The notes: generated from the sequence alone by a model not told the origin. A DNA stretch of 64,000 bases from Ligaoa zhengdingensis (GCF_014384885.1 NZ_JACRST010000001.1:397985-461984), one strand, 5' to 3'; numbered from the stretch's first letter, positions 28,411 to 37,863 are shown. Made by a program: numbers and translations.

Positions 28411-29396
28411 TATATTGTTTCGCCATATAGCAGGGCGTACTGGCGGCGCACGCGGTCACGCACCTGCCTTAAAAACGGCTCAGGGCCGAGCACCTGTACC
28501 ACGGGCCCGAACGACAGGACGCGGATAAGCAGCTCAGTTTCGTCGTGCAGGTCGTAATAGATCGTGCAGCGGTAGCTGTCGGTCTCCTCCTCGTACTCGG
28601 TGCGCTTTTCATAGTCAGCAAAGTGCAGCATACACCGCTCGAGCGCGTTGCGCTCGCGAAAGATACGCAGAACTACCGGCTGGGCGCAGCGGCTGCGCCT
28701 GAGCCAGCCGTCCAAATCCACCTCGCCCGGGAAGGTCTGCCGGGAGGACTCCAGCTTGACGATCCGCCCGAGGTTGATGATTTGGATTCCCTTCACACAG
28801 CCATAGGCGAGGCGCGCGGCGTAGAGGCGGAACTTGTCGTCCTTTTGGGAATATTCCAACTTGCAGGGCAGATAATCGCCGACGATCGGCTCCTCCGCCT
28901 TGGGGGACTGGTAATGAAACTTGAGCGGCGTGCGCTCGCGGATGGCCCGCAAAATGCGGCCAAACCGCTCCCGATAGCCCTCGTCCACATAGTCGTCCCC
29001 ATCCAGGCAGACATCGAACTCACAAAAGTCGTCGCGGGAAAATAACGGCTCAACCCCGCAGAGGTGCTCATCCAATTCCGTGAGCTGGCTGTCGGTAAAA
29101 AACAACCGGGCGCGCGGATCGGCCAGCACCGCCCTGATCCACGCCGCCTGCAAATCGGTCACCGGCAGGCGCGGCAGATGGGTCGTTTTGGAAGCATAAC
29201 CATCCGGCGTCTCGTCCAGCAGCCCCCACTCACCCCCGCACAAGCGGGGCAGCAGGTACAGCCCGCTCTCCGCAAAGGCTTGCTGGTCGATCATCCGCGC
29301 GATCTCCCTGCGCGGGAGCGGTTCTTGTTCCGCCGCGCGCAGAATCCGCGCAACCACCTGATAATAGCAGCTGTAAAGCTCGGAAAAAAGTTCCAC
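28410..29396 (-). CDS. WYL-domain transcriptional regulator (HTH–WYL–WCTD), second gene of a coupled pair
   Basis: The GTG start at 29396 overlaps the upstream TAG by 1 nt and follows the strong RBS GGGGAGGGGAAGAG. Features: an N-terminal HTH ELFSELYSCYYQVVARILRAAEQ, a WYL-like core LKFHYQSPKAEEPIVGDYLPCKLEYSQKDDKFRLYAARL, and a C-terminal WCTD-like ELLIRVLSFGPVVQVLGPEPFLRQVRDRV. The track start at 29519 would overlap the upstream gene by 124 nt. Confidence 0.7.
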   Translation of the reverse strand: MELFSELYSCYYQVVARILRAAEQEPLPRREIARMIDQQAFAESGLYLLPRLCGGEWGLLDETPDGYASKTTHLPRLPVTDLQAAWIRAVLADPRARLFFTDSQLTELDEHLCGVEPLFSRDDFCEFDVCLDGDDYVDEGYRERFGRILRAIRERTPLKFHYQSPKAEEPIVGDYLPCKLEYSQKDDKFRLYAARLAYGCVKGIQIINLGRIVKLESSRQTFPGEVDLDGWLRRSRCAQPVVLRIFRERNALERCMLHFADYEKRTEYEEETDSYRCTIYYDLHDETELLIRVLSFGPVVQVLGPEPFLRQVRDRVRRQYALLYGETI

Positions 29397-30634
29397 TATC
29401 TCTTCCCCTCCCCGCAGTAGATGTCGTACATGCGGCGCATATCGCTGCAAAACTTGCGAACCAATGTGGAGTCGGTGCATTCCAGCGAGAGAATCCGCCC
29501 GGTGAAGGTCTTGATCCACGACATCATCTCGTTCGCATCATAGGTCTCAATGGAATAGAGGAAGGTGTTCCCATCGATCTGAAGCAGCTCCCCGCCCCGT
29601 CCCTCCCGGCGCACGCGGTCGAGCAGGTAGCTCTCCTGTTCCGCATCGATGCGCAGCTTCATAAAAAGCTGTTCCTTGCGATGCCGTCCACCGAATGAGA
29701 CCCCCCAACAGCTTGGTAAAGCGCGGTCGAGCGCCTGTTGCAGCGCCTCAAATTCGGGTACAGATTCCCCGGGCAATACCGCCGCGATGCTGTCCAGGCG
29801 GAGATTGACAAACCGGCAGACTGTACTGCGGTAGAGGCAGACATACCGCCGGCCGCTCTGCACGCTCACCAGAATGCGCAGAGGAATGCCTTGGATAAAG
29901 GTGCGATGTCCGCTGCGGCGGCTGTAGTTCTCCAAGGTGACCGACCGCCGGCCGTCGATCGCGTCGGTCAGCGCCCCCAGCACACCGTCCTCCAGCGTGT
30001 GGACGATGAAGTGGTGCTTAAAATAAAAGAGGTCGTTTTCCTCCTCCGCCGTGTCCAGAAGGGTGCTGCCCACAAAGCCGAACGGCGCGACCTCTTGGAA
30101 GAACCGCACCGCATCCAGCAGCTCGCGGCGGCAGGGCATCGAATCGAGCGCACGCGCGGAAAGCGTATAATAGAGTGCCCTGCCCCGCTTCTCGCCGCGC
30201 ATCACCCCTTCCCGCTCATACTCGCGCAGCTTGGCGCGCACCGTCTGGGCATCGAACACCGCTCCATACCGCTCGCTCATCGCGTCAGCCGCTTGTTCGG
30301 TGGTTCGCGCTTCGCCATCCGCAAATAAATCCAGCAGAAAAAAGTGAAGCCGAATGTCGGTCTTGGTGAAGCTCTTGGACTTCCACGCGGCATACAGCGG
30401 ATTCTGCGGCACCCGGGCGCTATCCACCGAGAGGAACACCCGCTTGCCCCTGGCGGAATTTTCCCAGCGGACGCTGTGGGAAAGCCAGCTCTCGATGCGG
30501 CGGCGCTCGTTGTCGTAGGTGCGGGCGCTCTTTGCGGTGTAGTCGCCGCGCGTCTTGAAGCCGTAGACATAGAAGTCCCTCATATATTCCCGAATCTTGT
30601 CGAAGTTTTTGATGAGCTCGCTGAACTCGGACAC
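29396..30634 (-). CDS. WYL-domain transcriptional regulator (HTH–WYL–WCTD), first gene of the coupled pair
   Basis: GTG start with RBS GAGAGGGGGAA. Features: an N-terminal wHTH-like ELIKNFDKIREYMRDFYVYGFKTRGDY, a WYL-like core SVTLENYSRRSGHRTFIQGIPLRILVSVQSGRRYVCLY, and a C-terminal ELLQIDGNTFLYSIETYDANEMMSWIKTFTGRILSLE. Confidence 0.7.
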   Translation of the reverse strand: MSEFSELIKNFDKIREYMRDFYVYGFKTRGDYTAKSARTYDNERRRIESWLSHSVRWENSARGKRVFLSVDSARVPQNPLYAAWKSKSFTKTDIRLHFFLLDLFADGEARTTEQAADAMSERYGAVFDAQTVRAKLREYEREGVMRGEKRGRALYYTLSARALDSMPCRRELLDAVRFFQEVAPFGFVGSTLLDTAEEENDLFYFKHHFIVHTLEDGVLGALTDAIDGRRSVTLENYSRRSGHRTFIQGIPLRILVSVQSGRRYVCLYRSTVCRFVNLRLDSIAAVLPGESVPEFEALQQALDRALPSCWGVSFGGRHRKEQLFMKLRIDAEQESYLLDRVRREGRGGELLQIDGNTFLYSIETYDANEMMSWIKTFTGRILSLECTDSTLVRKFCSDMRRMYDIYCGEGKR

Positions 30635-30900
30635 CGCCGTTCCCCCTCTCTTTTCTGCCCTCTATTGTACCAGCGGAACCCCAGAAAAGCAATTGGGGCG
30701 ATGTTCGCAGCTTTTTTCATATGAACGATCTGGAAAACGGTGGTAGACTGAAACCACAGCAAACGGAAAAAGGCCGGCCCGGCCGGCGATTCCAAACAAC
30801 ATCCCGTATTTTCGGCCTTATAGGCCTTAAATAGGCCGGAAATCCTATGCGGATGGTTTTTCGCCATCGCGGTGCCGCGGGTTCTGCCCGGCGGTATGCC

Positions 30901-31160
30901 GGAAATCCGGTTGGAGTGGGGCGCAGACGCGGGTTCGATTCCCGCCCCGGTTTCCCCGGGTAGCCAAGCGGTCAAGGCGGCGCTCCGATCACGAACGTGT
31001 CGGCGGTTCAACTCCGCCCCTGAAAAGGTAGCTCAGTTGGTAGAGCAGTTCGCTTCTGAACATTCGGCGGTTCGAATCCGCCTCCGAAAGGATTGCTAAG
31101 TGGTTAAAGCGGTTCAGCCAATGGTGACGCCTCTCACGCGTTGTGGTTCGACTCCACGCT
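30901..31160 (+). ncRNA. Array of four tandem tRNA-like modules (T-arm ± D-arm) that do not fold into canonical tRNAs; probable tRNA relic/mosaic array or unusual tRNA-like RNAs
   Basis: Perfect T-arm motifs: GCGGGTTCGATTCCCGC (30929-45), GGCGGTTCAACTCCGCC (31002-18), GGCGGTTCGAATCCGCC (31066-82) and TGTGGTTCGACTCCACG (31142-58). D-arm-like segments: TAGCCAAGCGGTCAAGGCG (30961-79), TAGCTCAGTTGGTAGAGC (31029-46) and GCTAAGTGGTTAAAGC (31095-110). Module 4 contains a canonical-looking anticodon stem-loop GACGC-CTCTCAC-GCGTT. Module 1 is a minihelix-like GGAAATCCGG...CCGGTTTCC. The segments between D-arm and T-arm are 4-5 nt too short, and the 5'/3' acceptor strands do not pair. Confidence 0.45.
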
Positions 31161-31429
31161 CAAAAGAACGGAAGCGCCCGCGCGGCCCCGCCGCAGTTGT
31201 ATCCGACGGCGGAAGAACCGCGGCAACAGCAAAACTTCCCTGCGGCGGGGAGGATACCGCGCCGCGCGATAAGCAGCCCACGCCCCCATGGGGAACCGGC
31301 CGCGGCCGCGCGCGCTCAACCTCCGCCCCGAAGCGGCGCTGTGGGCTGCGCGAGAACTTCCGTCCGCCGTGCAACCGGGCGGCCTCGCCCGGATTGACCA
31401 TAACCATCGACAGAAAAGAGGGAATCCTG

Positions 31430-32572
31430 ATGAAATTGATCCTGAATGAAAACCAGTGCGCCTATCTGATGAAGGACGGCGTGTTCCAAAAGCTGCTCTT
31501 CGCGGGCAAGCACCGCATCAATACGCTGTTGGGCTACACGGCCAAAGCCGTGGAGCTGTCCGGCGAGGTGAACACCTGCGGCATCCCCGCGGATGTGCTG
31601 ATGGCCAACGCTGAATTTGCCGCCTCCACGGTGCGGCTACAAATCCCCGATGACTGCATCGCCGTGCACTCGACCGACGGCATGTTCAGCGGGGTGCTCA
31701 CCGGGAAGGACTACCTCTTTTGGAACGTCCACGAAAAACATACCTTCCAACTGCTGAGCCTGCAAAATCCGGAGGACGCGGCCTCAGTGCCCGCCTACCT
31801 GTGGCGGTTCATCCCGGCGCGGCTCTACCACAAGGCGGAGGTCGGCAGCGGCGAGACGGCGCTGCTCTACTTCGACAACCAATATCAGCGCTCGCTCAGC
31901 GCGGGCACCTACTGGTTCTGGAGCTGGTCGGTGACCGTAACCCACAAGCTCTACGACCTCAAAATTCAGCAGCTCGAGATCGGCGGGCAGGAAATTCTGA
32001 CCGCGGACAAGGTGGGGGTGCGGCTCAATCTGCTCTGCGGTTACCGCATCACCGACCCTGTGGAGCTGTCCGTCCGGATACAAAACCACAGGGAGCAGCT
32101 TTACGCCTATGTGCAGCTCGCCGCCCGGGCGCTGGTTGGGCGGCTCAGCCTCGACGAGCTACTCGCCCGCAAGGACACCCTTGGAACCGAGCTGCTAAAG
32201 CTGCTTCAGGCCGGCCAAGACGCTTTCTGTGTGGAGTTCTCCTCCGCGGGCATCAAGGACATTATCCTGCCCGGCGAAATCCGCGAGATCATGAACACCG
32301 TGCTGGTGGCGGAGAAGAACGCGCAGGCCAACGTCATCACCCGGCGGGAGGAGGTCGCCTCCACCCGCAGCCTGCTCAACACCGCCCGCCTGATGGACGA
32401 AAACCACACCCTCTACCGCCTCAAAGAGCTGGAATATTTGGAGAAGGTCTGCGACCGGGTGGGGAACATCTCCCTGAACGGCGCGGGCAACGTATTGGAG
32501 CAGCTCAGCGGCCTGCTCGGCGCGGGAAAAATCAGCGCACACGCTTCCACTCAGGACGGCAGCGATTGCTGA
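31430..32572 (+). CDS. SPFH/Band-7 (slipin/stomatin-like) domain protein, 380 aa
   Basis: SPFH core GVRLNLLCGYRITDPVEL...GIKDIILPGEIREIMNTVLVAEKNAQANVITRREEVASTRSLLNTARLM. Start ATG 31430 after AAAAGAGGGA. The track ORF start at 31100 runs through the tRNA-like array and a GC-rich leader and is rejected. Confidence 0.75.
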   Translation: MKLILNENQCAYLMKDGVFQKLLFAGKHRINTLLGYTAKAVELSGEVNTCGIPADVLMANAEFAASTVRLQIPDDCIAVHSTDGMFSGVLTGKDYLFWNVHEKHTFQLLSLQNPEDAASVPAYLWRFIPARLYHKAEVGSGETALLYFDNQYQRSLSAGTYWFWSWSVTVTHKLYDLKIQQLEIGGQEILTADKVGVRLNLLCGYRITDPVELSVRIQNHREQLYAYVQLAARALVGRLSLDELLARKDTLGTELLKLLQAGQDAFCVEFSSAGIKDIILPGEIREIMNTVLVAEKNAQANVITRREEVASTRSLLNTARLMDENHTLYRLKELEYLEKVCDRVGNISLNGAGNVLEQLSGLLGAGKISAHASTQDGSDC

Positions 32573-33726
32573 ATCTCCTCCGGCTTGGGCTGAGCCCCGC
32601 GGCCGCGCGTCAGTAGAAACCCGCTGGTGAGCGCGGTGAACGGCGCGACCGACACGAGGCCGAAGCTGCCCACGACTGTGTCGATGATCTCAGCGGCCAC
32701 ATACTTGTAGTTGAGAATGTTGTAAATGGGGGTGCCCTGCGCCATAAACACCATCAGCAGCGCGATGTAGCCCCCGGAATAGGCGAGCAGCAGGGTGGTG
32801 GTCATGGTGCCCATGGCCGCGCGCCCCACATTGAGCCCGGACCGGGTGGCTTCCCGCCATCCGATCCCGGGCTTTTTTTGTACCACCTCGTTGACCGCCG
32901 AACAGATATCCACCGCCAAGTCCATCACCGCGCCTGAAGAGCCGATGAAGATGCTCGCCATAAAAATTTTGGTGAGATTGAGGTCCTGGTAACCGCTGTA
33001 GAGCAGGCTCTCCGAGTAGGCCATCACCGCTCCGTGGATTTGAAACTGCCCGGTGCACACGACGCCCAGCAGTGCGGTGACCAGCAGGCCGATCGCCGCG
33101 CCCGAGGTGGCCGCGGCGCACCGCCGGTCGAACCCGTAGACCAGCGCGATGATCAGCACAGTGAGCAGAAGTGTGATGAACAGCCCGGTCCAGATCGGGT
33201 TCCAGCCGTTCAGATAGAGCGGCACCAGCACCTTCCAGAGGATGAGCACGGTAAGCACGAACGAAAGAATGGCGCGCACGCCGGTCCGTCCCGCGAACAG
33301 GACGAGAAACGCGGCAAAGCAGACGGCGAGCACCGCTTCCTTATCGAGGCGGTAGTGGTCGATCATATTGGTGGAGAGAATGCGGTCCCCCTCGTAGCTG
33401 ACGACCACCTGCGCCCGGTCCCCCACTTGAAAGATTTTGTCCTGCTCGAGCGACCCGTTCAGCAGATTGAAGCCCTCGGTGGTCCGGCCGCGAAACCGGC
33501 CGCCCAGCAGCTCGACGGTGCAGGTCTGTTCCCCCGAGCGGATGAGCCCGGTGTCGACCACCCGTTCGTTGTTGACCGCCAGCACCCGTGCGGCGCAGCG
33601 GTCGGCCCCTTTGTAGATCACCGCATCCTCGTAGCCGGTTGGCAGAAAGAGCAGCAGCACCACCAGCGCCAGACAGACCAACACCGGCAGGTTGTAGCGA
33701 AGCCTTTGCTGTTTTATGTCCTCCAT
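32551..33726 (-). CDS. YibE/F-family membrane protein
   Basis: An N-terminal TM anchor and periplasmic domain are followed by the polytopic YibE/F core. Start taken at MEDIKQQRL with AGGAGGA upstream. Confidence 0.7.
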   Translation of the reverse strand: MEDIKQQRLRYNLPVLVCLALVVLLLFLPTGYEDAVIYKGADRCAARVLAVNNERVVDTGLIRSGEQTCTVELLGGRFRGRTTEGFNLLNGSLEQDKIFQVGDRAQVVVSYEGDRILSTNMIDHYRLDKEAVLAVCFAAFLVLFAGRTGVRAILSFVLTVLILWKVLVPLYLNGWNPIWTGLFITLLLTVLIIALVYGFDRRCAAATSGAAIGLLVTALLGVVCTGQFQIHGAVMAYSESLLYSGYQDLNLTKIFMASIFIGSSGAVMDLAVDICSAVNEVVQKKPGIGWREATRSGLNVGRAAMGTMTTTLLLAYSGGYIALLMVFMAQGTPIYNILNYKYVAAEIIDTVVGSFGLVSVAPFTALTSGFLLTRGRGAQPKPEEIQQSLPS

Positions 33727-33819
33727 CTCGTATCCTCCTAACAATATTTCACGGTCCTGCAAGAAAAGCAGCCGGCGGGATGCCGGCTGCTTTTTCCCGA
33801 AGTGCTGTGCCGCTGAATG

Positions 33820-35364
33820 TTACTGGACGTCCAGCAGCGACGCCATGTTGTCATAGATCGCGGTGTTGTCGTAGAATCCGCGGAACAGCTCCTGGCCATT
33901 GCCCTGGGCGAACACCGCCACCGGCAGGCCGGTATGCGCATAGGAGGAAAAGTTGATGCCCGATTTGTTGTTGAGGATGTGGGTGACAGTCACCGAGAGG
34001 GGTTCATAGGTGCCGTACAACACATACTCCTCCTGATTGGGGTCCTCGTTGCCCGCGAGGGTCTTTTCATAGGCCGCCTGCAGCCGCCCCGCCTCGTAGT
34101 CGGTCAGCACCAGCTTGCTCTCCTCGGTGGCTTCGGGGTCGTCCGGCAGCATCAGGCCGAAGTTGGCCTTGACATCCTTCATCACGTCCGCGAAGGGGGT
34201 GTTATTCTCTTTATATTTTGCCACATAGTCGCTGTCGAACTTGGCGTAGGAGATCTTCTGGTTCTCGATGTTGTGCAGGTAGGTGTCGTAGTCGGTGCCC
34301 GCGTAGCCGATGGTCAGGCCGCCGGTCTCGTGGTCGCCGGTCACCAGGATCAGCGTCTCGTCCGGGTGCTGATTATAGAAGGCGACCGCTTCGCTCACCG
34401 CGTCGGCCAGCGCCAGGGTATCGCCGATGGTAGAACCCGCGTCGTTGGCGTGGCAGGCCCAGTCGATCTTGCCGCCCTCCACCATCATAAAGAAGCCGTT
34501 GTCGTTGTCCAGCACCTCGATGCCCTTTTTCACATAGTCCTTGAGCGCCCATTCGCTCTCTGCGCGGTCGCCGTCGTAGGAAAGCGCGTCGGAATCCGCC
34601 AGCGTCTCGCCGATGATGAGCGCCTTGCCGTCCGCGGCGGTCAGCTTTTCGGCCTCCGCCTGCGTCTTGATGACCTTGTAGCCGCCCTGGGCCGCCAGCT
34701 CATAGAGGTCGGTCTTGTTCTCTTCCTTGCCGGTGGGGGAAAGCAAACCGCCGCCTGCGAAGTAGTCGAAGCCGCTCGCGATCAACTCCTCGCCGATTTC
34801 GTAGTAGTTGCTGCGGGTGGGCTGATGCGCATAAAACGCCGCGGGGGTGGCGTGGTTGAGGTTGACGCTGCTGATGATGCCGATTTTGAAATCCTTCTGC
34901 TTTTTGAGCTTCTCCGCGATCGTCTCGTAGGATTTGGTCTTGGACTCGTCCATGTTGATCACACCGCTGTGGGTCTTGTATCCGGTCGAGATGGAGGTCG
35001 CGGTGGAGGCGGAGTCGGGTGCAAAGGAGGTGGAGTCAAAGGTGGTGGCGCTGCCTGCGACCGGAAAATTCATAAAGCTCAGCGGCTCGCCGCCCTTTAA
35101 AATCTCCGGGTTGGGGTCTGCAATTGCGCCGAGGTAATCAGACGCCGCCTGGAACTGGGGGTAGCTCATACCGTCGCCGATGAACAGGAAGACATATTTC
35201 GGCGCTGTTTTCTCCTTGACCGGGGCGGGCGCAGGCGCAGCGGCCGAAGAGCTCGGCGCCTGGGACGGCGCGGATGGGGCAGCAGCGTTGGAAGCGCAGC
35301 CGGTGAGCACCGATACTGCGGTCACAGCCGCCAGCGCGGCCGTTAAAATCTGTTTACGATTCAT
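33820..35364 (-). CDS. phoA: Alkaline phosphatase (PhoA family) lipoprotein
   Basis: MNRKQILTAALAAVTAVSVLTGCAS is a lipobox signal. The motifs FIGDGMS, the metal-ligand DHETGG and GKIDWACHAND are classic PhoA. RBS is GGAGGAG. Confidence 0.88.
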   Translation of the reverse strand: MNRKQILTAALAAVTAVSVLTGCASNAAAPSAPSQAPSSSAAAPAPAPVKEKTAPKYVFLFIGDGMSYPQFQAASDYLGAIADPNPEILKGGEPLSFMNFPVAGSATTFDSTSFAPDSASTATSISTGYKTHSGVINMDESKTKSYETIAEKLKKQKDFKIGIISSVNLNHATPAAFYAHQPTRSNYYEIGEELIASGFDYFAGGGLLSPTGKEENKTDLYELAAQGGYKVIKTQAEAEKLTAADGKALIIGETLADSDALSYDGDRAESEWALKDYVKKGIEVLDNDNGFFMMVEGGKIDWACHANDAGSTIGDTLALADAVSEAVAFYNQHPDETLILVTGDHETGGLTIGYAGTDYDTYLHNIENQKISYAKFDSDYVAKYKENNTPFADVMKDVKANFGLMLPDDPEATEESKLVLTDYEAGRLQAAYEKTLAGNEDPNQEEYVLYGTYEPLSVTVTHILNNKSGINFSSYAHTGLPVAVFAQGNGQELFRGFYDNTAIYDNMASLLDVQ

Positions 35365-35674
35365 CTTGTTCTCCTCCGTTGTAATCTTGATGTTTTGGTT
35401 CGCTCTCATCATAGCAAAACAAACGGAGGGGACAAAGCAAAAGAAGGTAAAAGCTCTGTAAGAGATTGGTCAAGCCGTTGGCGGTGATAACCAAAGAAGG
35501 ACGGGAAAAACTAGTAAAAAAGTCCGACCAACCGGCCCAAATGCGGCGAATTCTGGCCCGGCGCGCTTTCTCATTGACATCGGAGCCGCGCGGCGGTAGA
35601 ATGAAAAGGCGGCGGACTTTTCTGCCGAAATTTGGCAGGGCTGCGCGCTCTGCATCAAAAGGATGGTAATACAA

Positions 35675-37132
35675 ATGAAATTAGAAGGTGTACGCACCCG
35701 CTTTGCCCCCAGCCCGACCGGCTATATGCACGTGGGCAATCTGCGCACCGCGCTTTATGCGTTTCTCACGGCGAAGTCCCAGGGCGGCAAATTCCTGCTG
35801 CGCATCGAGGATACCGACCAGGAGCGCTATGTGGAGGGCGCGGTGGATATCATCTACAACACCCTGCGTGAAACCGGCTTGGTGTGGGACGAAGGGCCGG
35901 ACATCGGCGGCCCAGTGGGCCCTTACATCCAGAGCGAGCGCATGGGCATGTTCAAGGACTATGCGTTGCAGCTGGTGGAAAAGGGTGCAGCGTACTACTG
36001 TTTCTGCGATAAAGACCGGCTGGAGGAGGTGCGTGTGCTGCAAAAGGCGTCCGGCCAGTCGCCCCACTACGACGGGCATTGCCGTGACCTCTCCAAGGAG
36101 GAGGTGCAGGCGCGCCTCGATGCGGGCGAACCCTACGTCATCCGCCAGAAGATGCCCAAGACCGGCACCACCACCTTCCACGATGAAATCTTCGGCGACA
36201 TTACGGTGGAAAACGAGACGCTGGACGACCAAATCCTCATCAAAGCAGACGGGATGCCCACCTACAACTTTGCCAACGTGGTGGACGACCACCTGATGGG
36301 CATCACCCACGTCATCCGCGGCAACGAGTACCTCTCCAGCACCCCCAAGTACAACCTGCTCTACCAGGCGTTCGACTGGGAGATTCCCGTCTATATCCAC
36401 TGCCCTCCGGTGATGAAGGACAGCACCCATAAGCTCTCCAAGCGCAACGGCGACGCCTCCTATGAGGATTTGATCGCGCAGGGCTACCTGAAGGACGCAG
36501 TGCTCAACTATATCGCCCTGCTCGGCTGGAGCCCCAAGGGCGACCGCGAGATTTTCACCCTGCCCGAACTGATCGAGGAGTGGGACCCCGCCGGTATCTC
36601 CAAGTCCCCCGCGATCTTTGACACACAAAAGTTGCGCTACATCAACGGCGAATATATCAAGGCAATGCCGCTGGAACAGTTCCATGAAATCGCGCTTCCC
36701 TGGGTGCGCAAGGCGGTGCAGTCGGAAGTCGACACCATGTTGATCGCGCAGATGCTCCAGCCCCGCACCGAGGTGTTGTGTGAAATTCCCGAACAGCTCG
36801 CCTTTATCGACGCGCTGCCCGATTACGACAACGCCCTGTATGTGCACAAAAAGATGAAAACCAACGAGGAAAACTCGCTGGAAAGCCTGAAGGCGGTGCT
36901 GCCCGTCCTGGAGGCGCTGGACGACTACAGCGTCGAAGGGGTTCACGCGGCGCTGTTCGGCGTGATCGAACAGCTCGGCGTAAAAAATGGCCTGATCCTG
37001 TGGCCGGTGCGCGTCGCAGTATCCGGCAAACAGTTCACTCCCGGCGGCGGCGTGGAGATTTGCGCCCTGCTCGGCAAGGAGGAAAGCCTGCGCCGCATCC
37101 GCAAGGGCATCGAAAAGCTCACCAAAAATTAA
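35675..37132 (+). CDS. gltX: Glutamate--tRNA ligase
   Basis: [30 protein letters not shown] contains the HIGH-class signature. The KMSKS equivalent is KLSKRNG. An alternative ATG at 35663 adds four residues. Confidence 0.95.
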   Translation: MKLEGVRTRFAPSPTGYMHVGNLRTALYAFLTAKSQGGKFLLRIEDTDQERYVEGAVDIIYNTLRETGLVWDEGPDIGGPVGPYIQSERMGMFKDYALQLVEKGAAYYCFCDKDRLEEVRVLQKASGQSPHYDGHCRDLSKEEVQARLDAGEPYVIRQKMPKTGTTTFHDEIFGDITVENETLDDQILIKADGMPTYNFANVVDDHLMGITHVIRGNEYLSSTPKYNLLYQAFDWEIPVYIHCPPVMKDSTHKLSKRNGDASYEDLIAQGYLKDAVLNYIALLGWSPKGDREIFTLPELIEEWDPAGISKSPAIFDTQKLRYINGEYIKAMPLEQFHEIALPWVRKAVQSEVDTMLIAQMLQPRTEVLCEIPEQLAFIDALPDYDNALYVHKKMKTNEENSLESLKAVLPVLEALDDYSVEGVHAALFGVIEQLGVKNGLILWPVRVAVSGKQFTPGGGVEICALLGKEESLRRIRKGIEKLTKN

Positions 37133-37145
37133 TCATAATGAAAAG

Positions 37146-37187
37146 CGAGGGATACCGCCCATTGAAAAGCGGTATCCCTCTTTTTGT
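37146..37187 (+). terminator. Rho-independent terminator of gltX
   Basis: GAGGGATACCGC...GCGGTATCCCTC is followed by TTTTTG. Confidence 0.85.
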
Positions 37188-37248
37188 CCCCGCGGGGCTT
37201 CAAATGGAAGCCTTGCCCAGAACCGGCCACCTCTGGGCGGCTTTGCTT

Positions 37249-37863
37249 TTATCGCCTTTGAAGATATTGCCGCAGCCCCACCGCCGCAGCGAGCGCCGCA
37301 GTGCCGAGCCCAAACAGCAGCAGCTTGTTGTCCCCGCCCCCCTGCATCATTGAAAACAGCGAGAAGCGGCCGAAATCCCCCATGAGGTTGAGCGCATAAT
37401 AACAGATCGGCACCATATAACCGACGGCGATATTCCCGCCCGTCGCTGCGCTCAACAACCCGAGACCGCCGAGGAACACCGCGTTTGACACAGCCCCGAA
37501 CCAATGGCCGATCCCCACGGCGCAGGCGTTCCCCCGCATCAGCAGGACAAAGCCGCCTGACAGCGCAGCCGTCAGCAGAAGGGAAAGCAGCGCGCGCAGC
37601 AGGCATACCGCCGGATAAGGGGTGCTGCGCGAGGCCACCGCTGCCCAGACGCCCGCCTCCTGTTCCGGCTGGAGGATGGGGGAAAACAGGATCACCCCCA
37701 GAAAGGAGAGACCCAGCTCGAGCGGGACGGCAGCCGCCTGCGCATCCAGCGCTGCGATTCCAAACACCGCCGGCAGCAGCAGGAGCAGCCCTGAGGCGAT
37801 CAGCAGATGGGGCATCAGGCTATGCCTTAGGGTCGCGCTTATCAAATCGAGGTAACGATACAT
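37249..37863 (-). CDS. ABC transporter permease-like membrane protein (third gene of the ABC operon)
   Basis: A polytopic hydrophobic 204 aa protein. Strong RBS AAGGAGGGG lies before ATG 37863. It overlaps the upstream permease by 44 nt. Confidence 0.6.
   Translation of the reverse strand: MYRYLDLISATLRHSLMPHLLIASGLLLLLPAVFGIAALDAQAAAVPLELGLSFLGVILFSPILQPEQEAGVWAAVASRSTPYPAVCLLRALLSLLLTAALSGGFVLLMRGNACAVGIGHWFGAVSNAVFLGGLGLLSAATGGNIAVGYMVPICYYALNLMGDFGRFSLFSMMQGGGDNKLLLFGLGTAALAAAVGLRQYLQRR

Noticed and set aside
30895-31165. tmRNA (ssrA) interpretation of the tRNA-like region
   Set aside because: The region is far too short (~260 nt vs 350+). It has no tag-peptide ORF (…ALAA) and no CCA-terminated acceptor pairing with a GGGG 5' end. 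Four T-arms are present, not one.
31100-31429. N-terminal 110-codon extension of the SPFH ORF starting at 31100
   Set aside because: The extension runs through the tRNA-like array and the GC-rich leader and gives a Pro/Arg/Gly-rich product with no RBS. A good RBS and ATG at 31430 begin the conserved protein.
35681-36946. The 421-aa minus-strand ORF antisense to gltX, and the 202-aa + strand ORF at 35688..36296
   Set aside because: gltX on the + strand has HIGH/KMSKS motifs. The alternatives are antisense or frame-shifted shadows.
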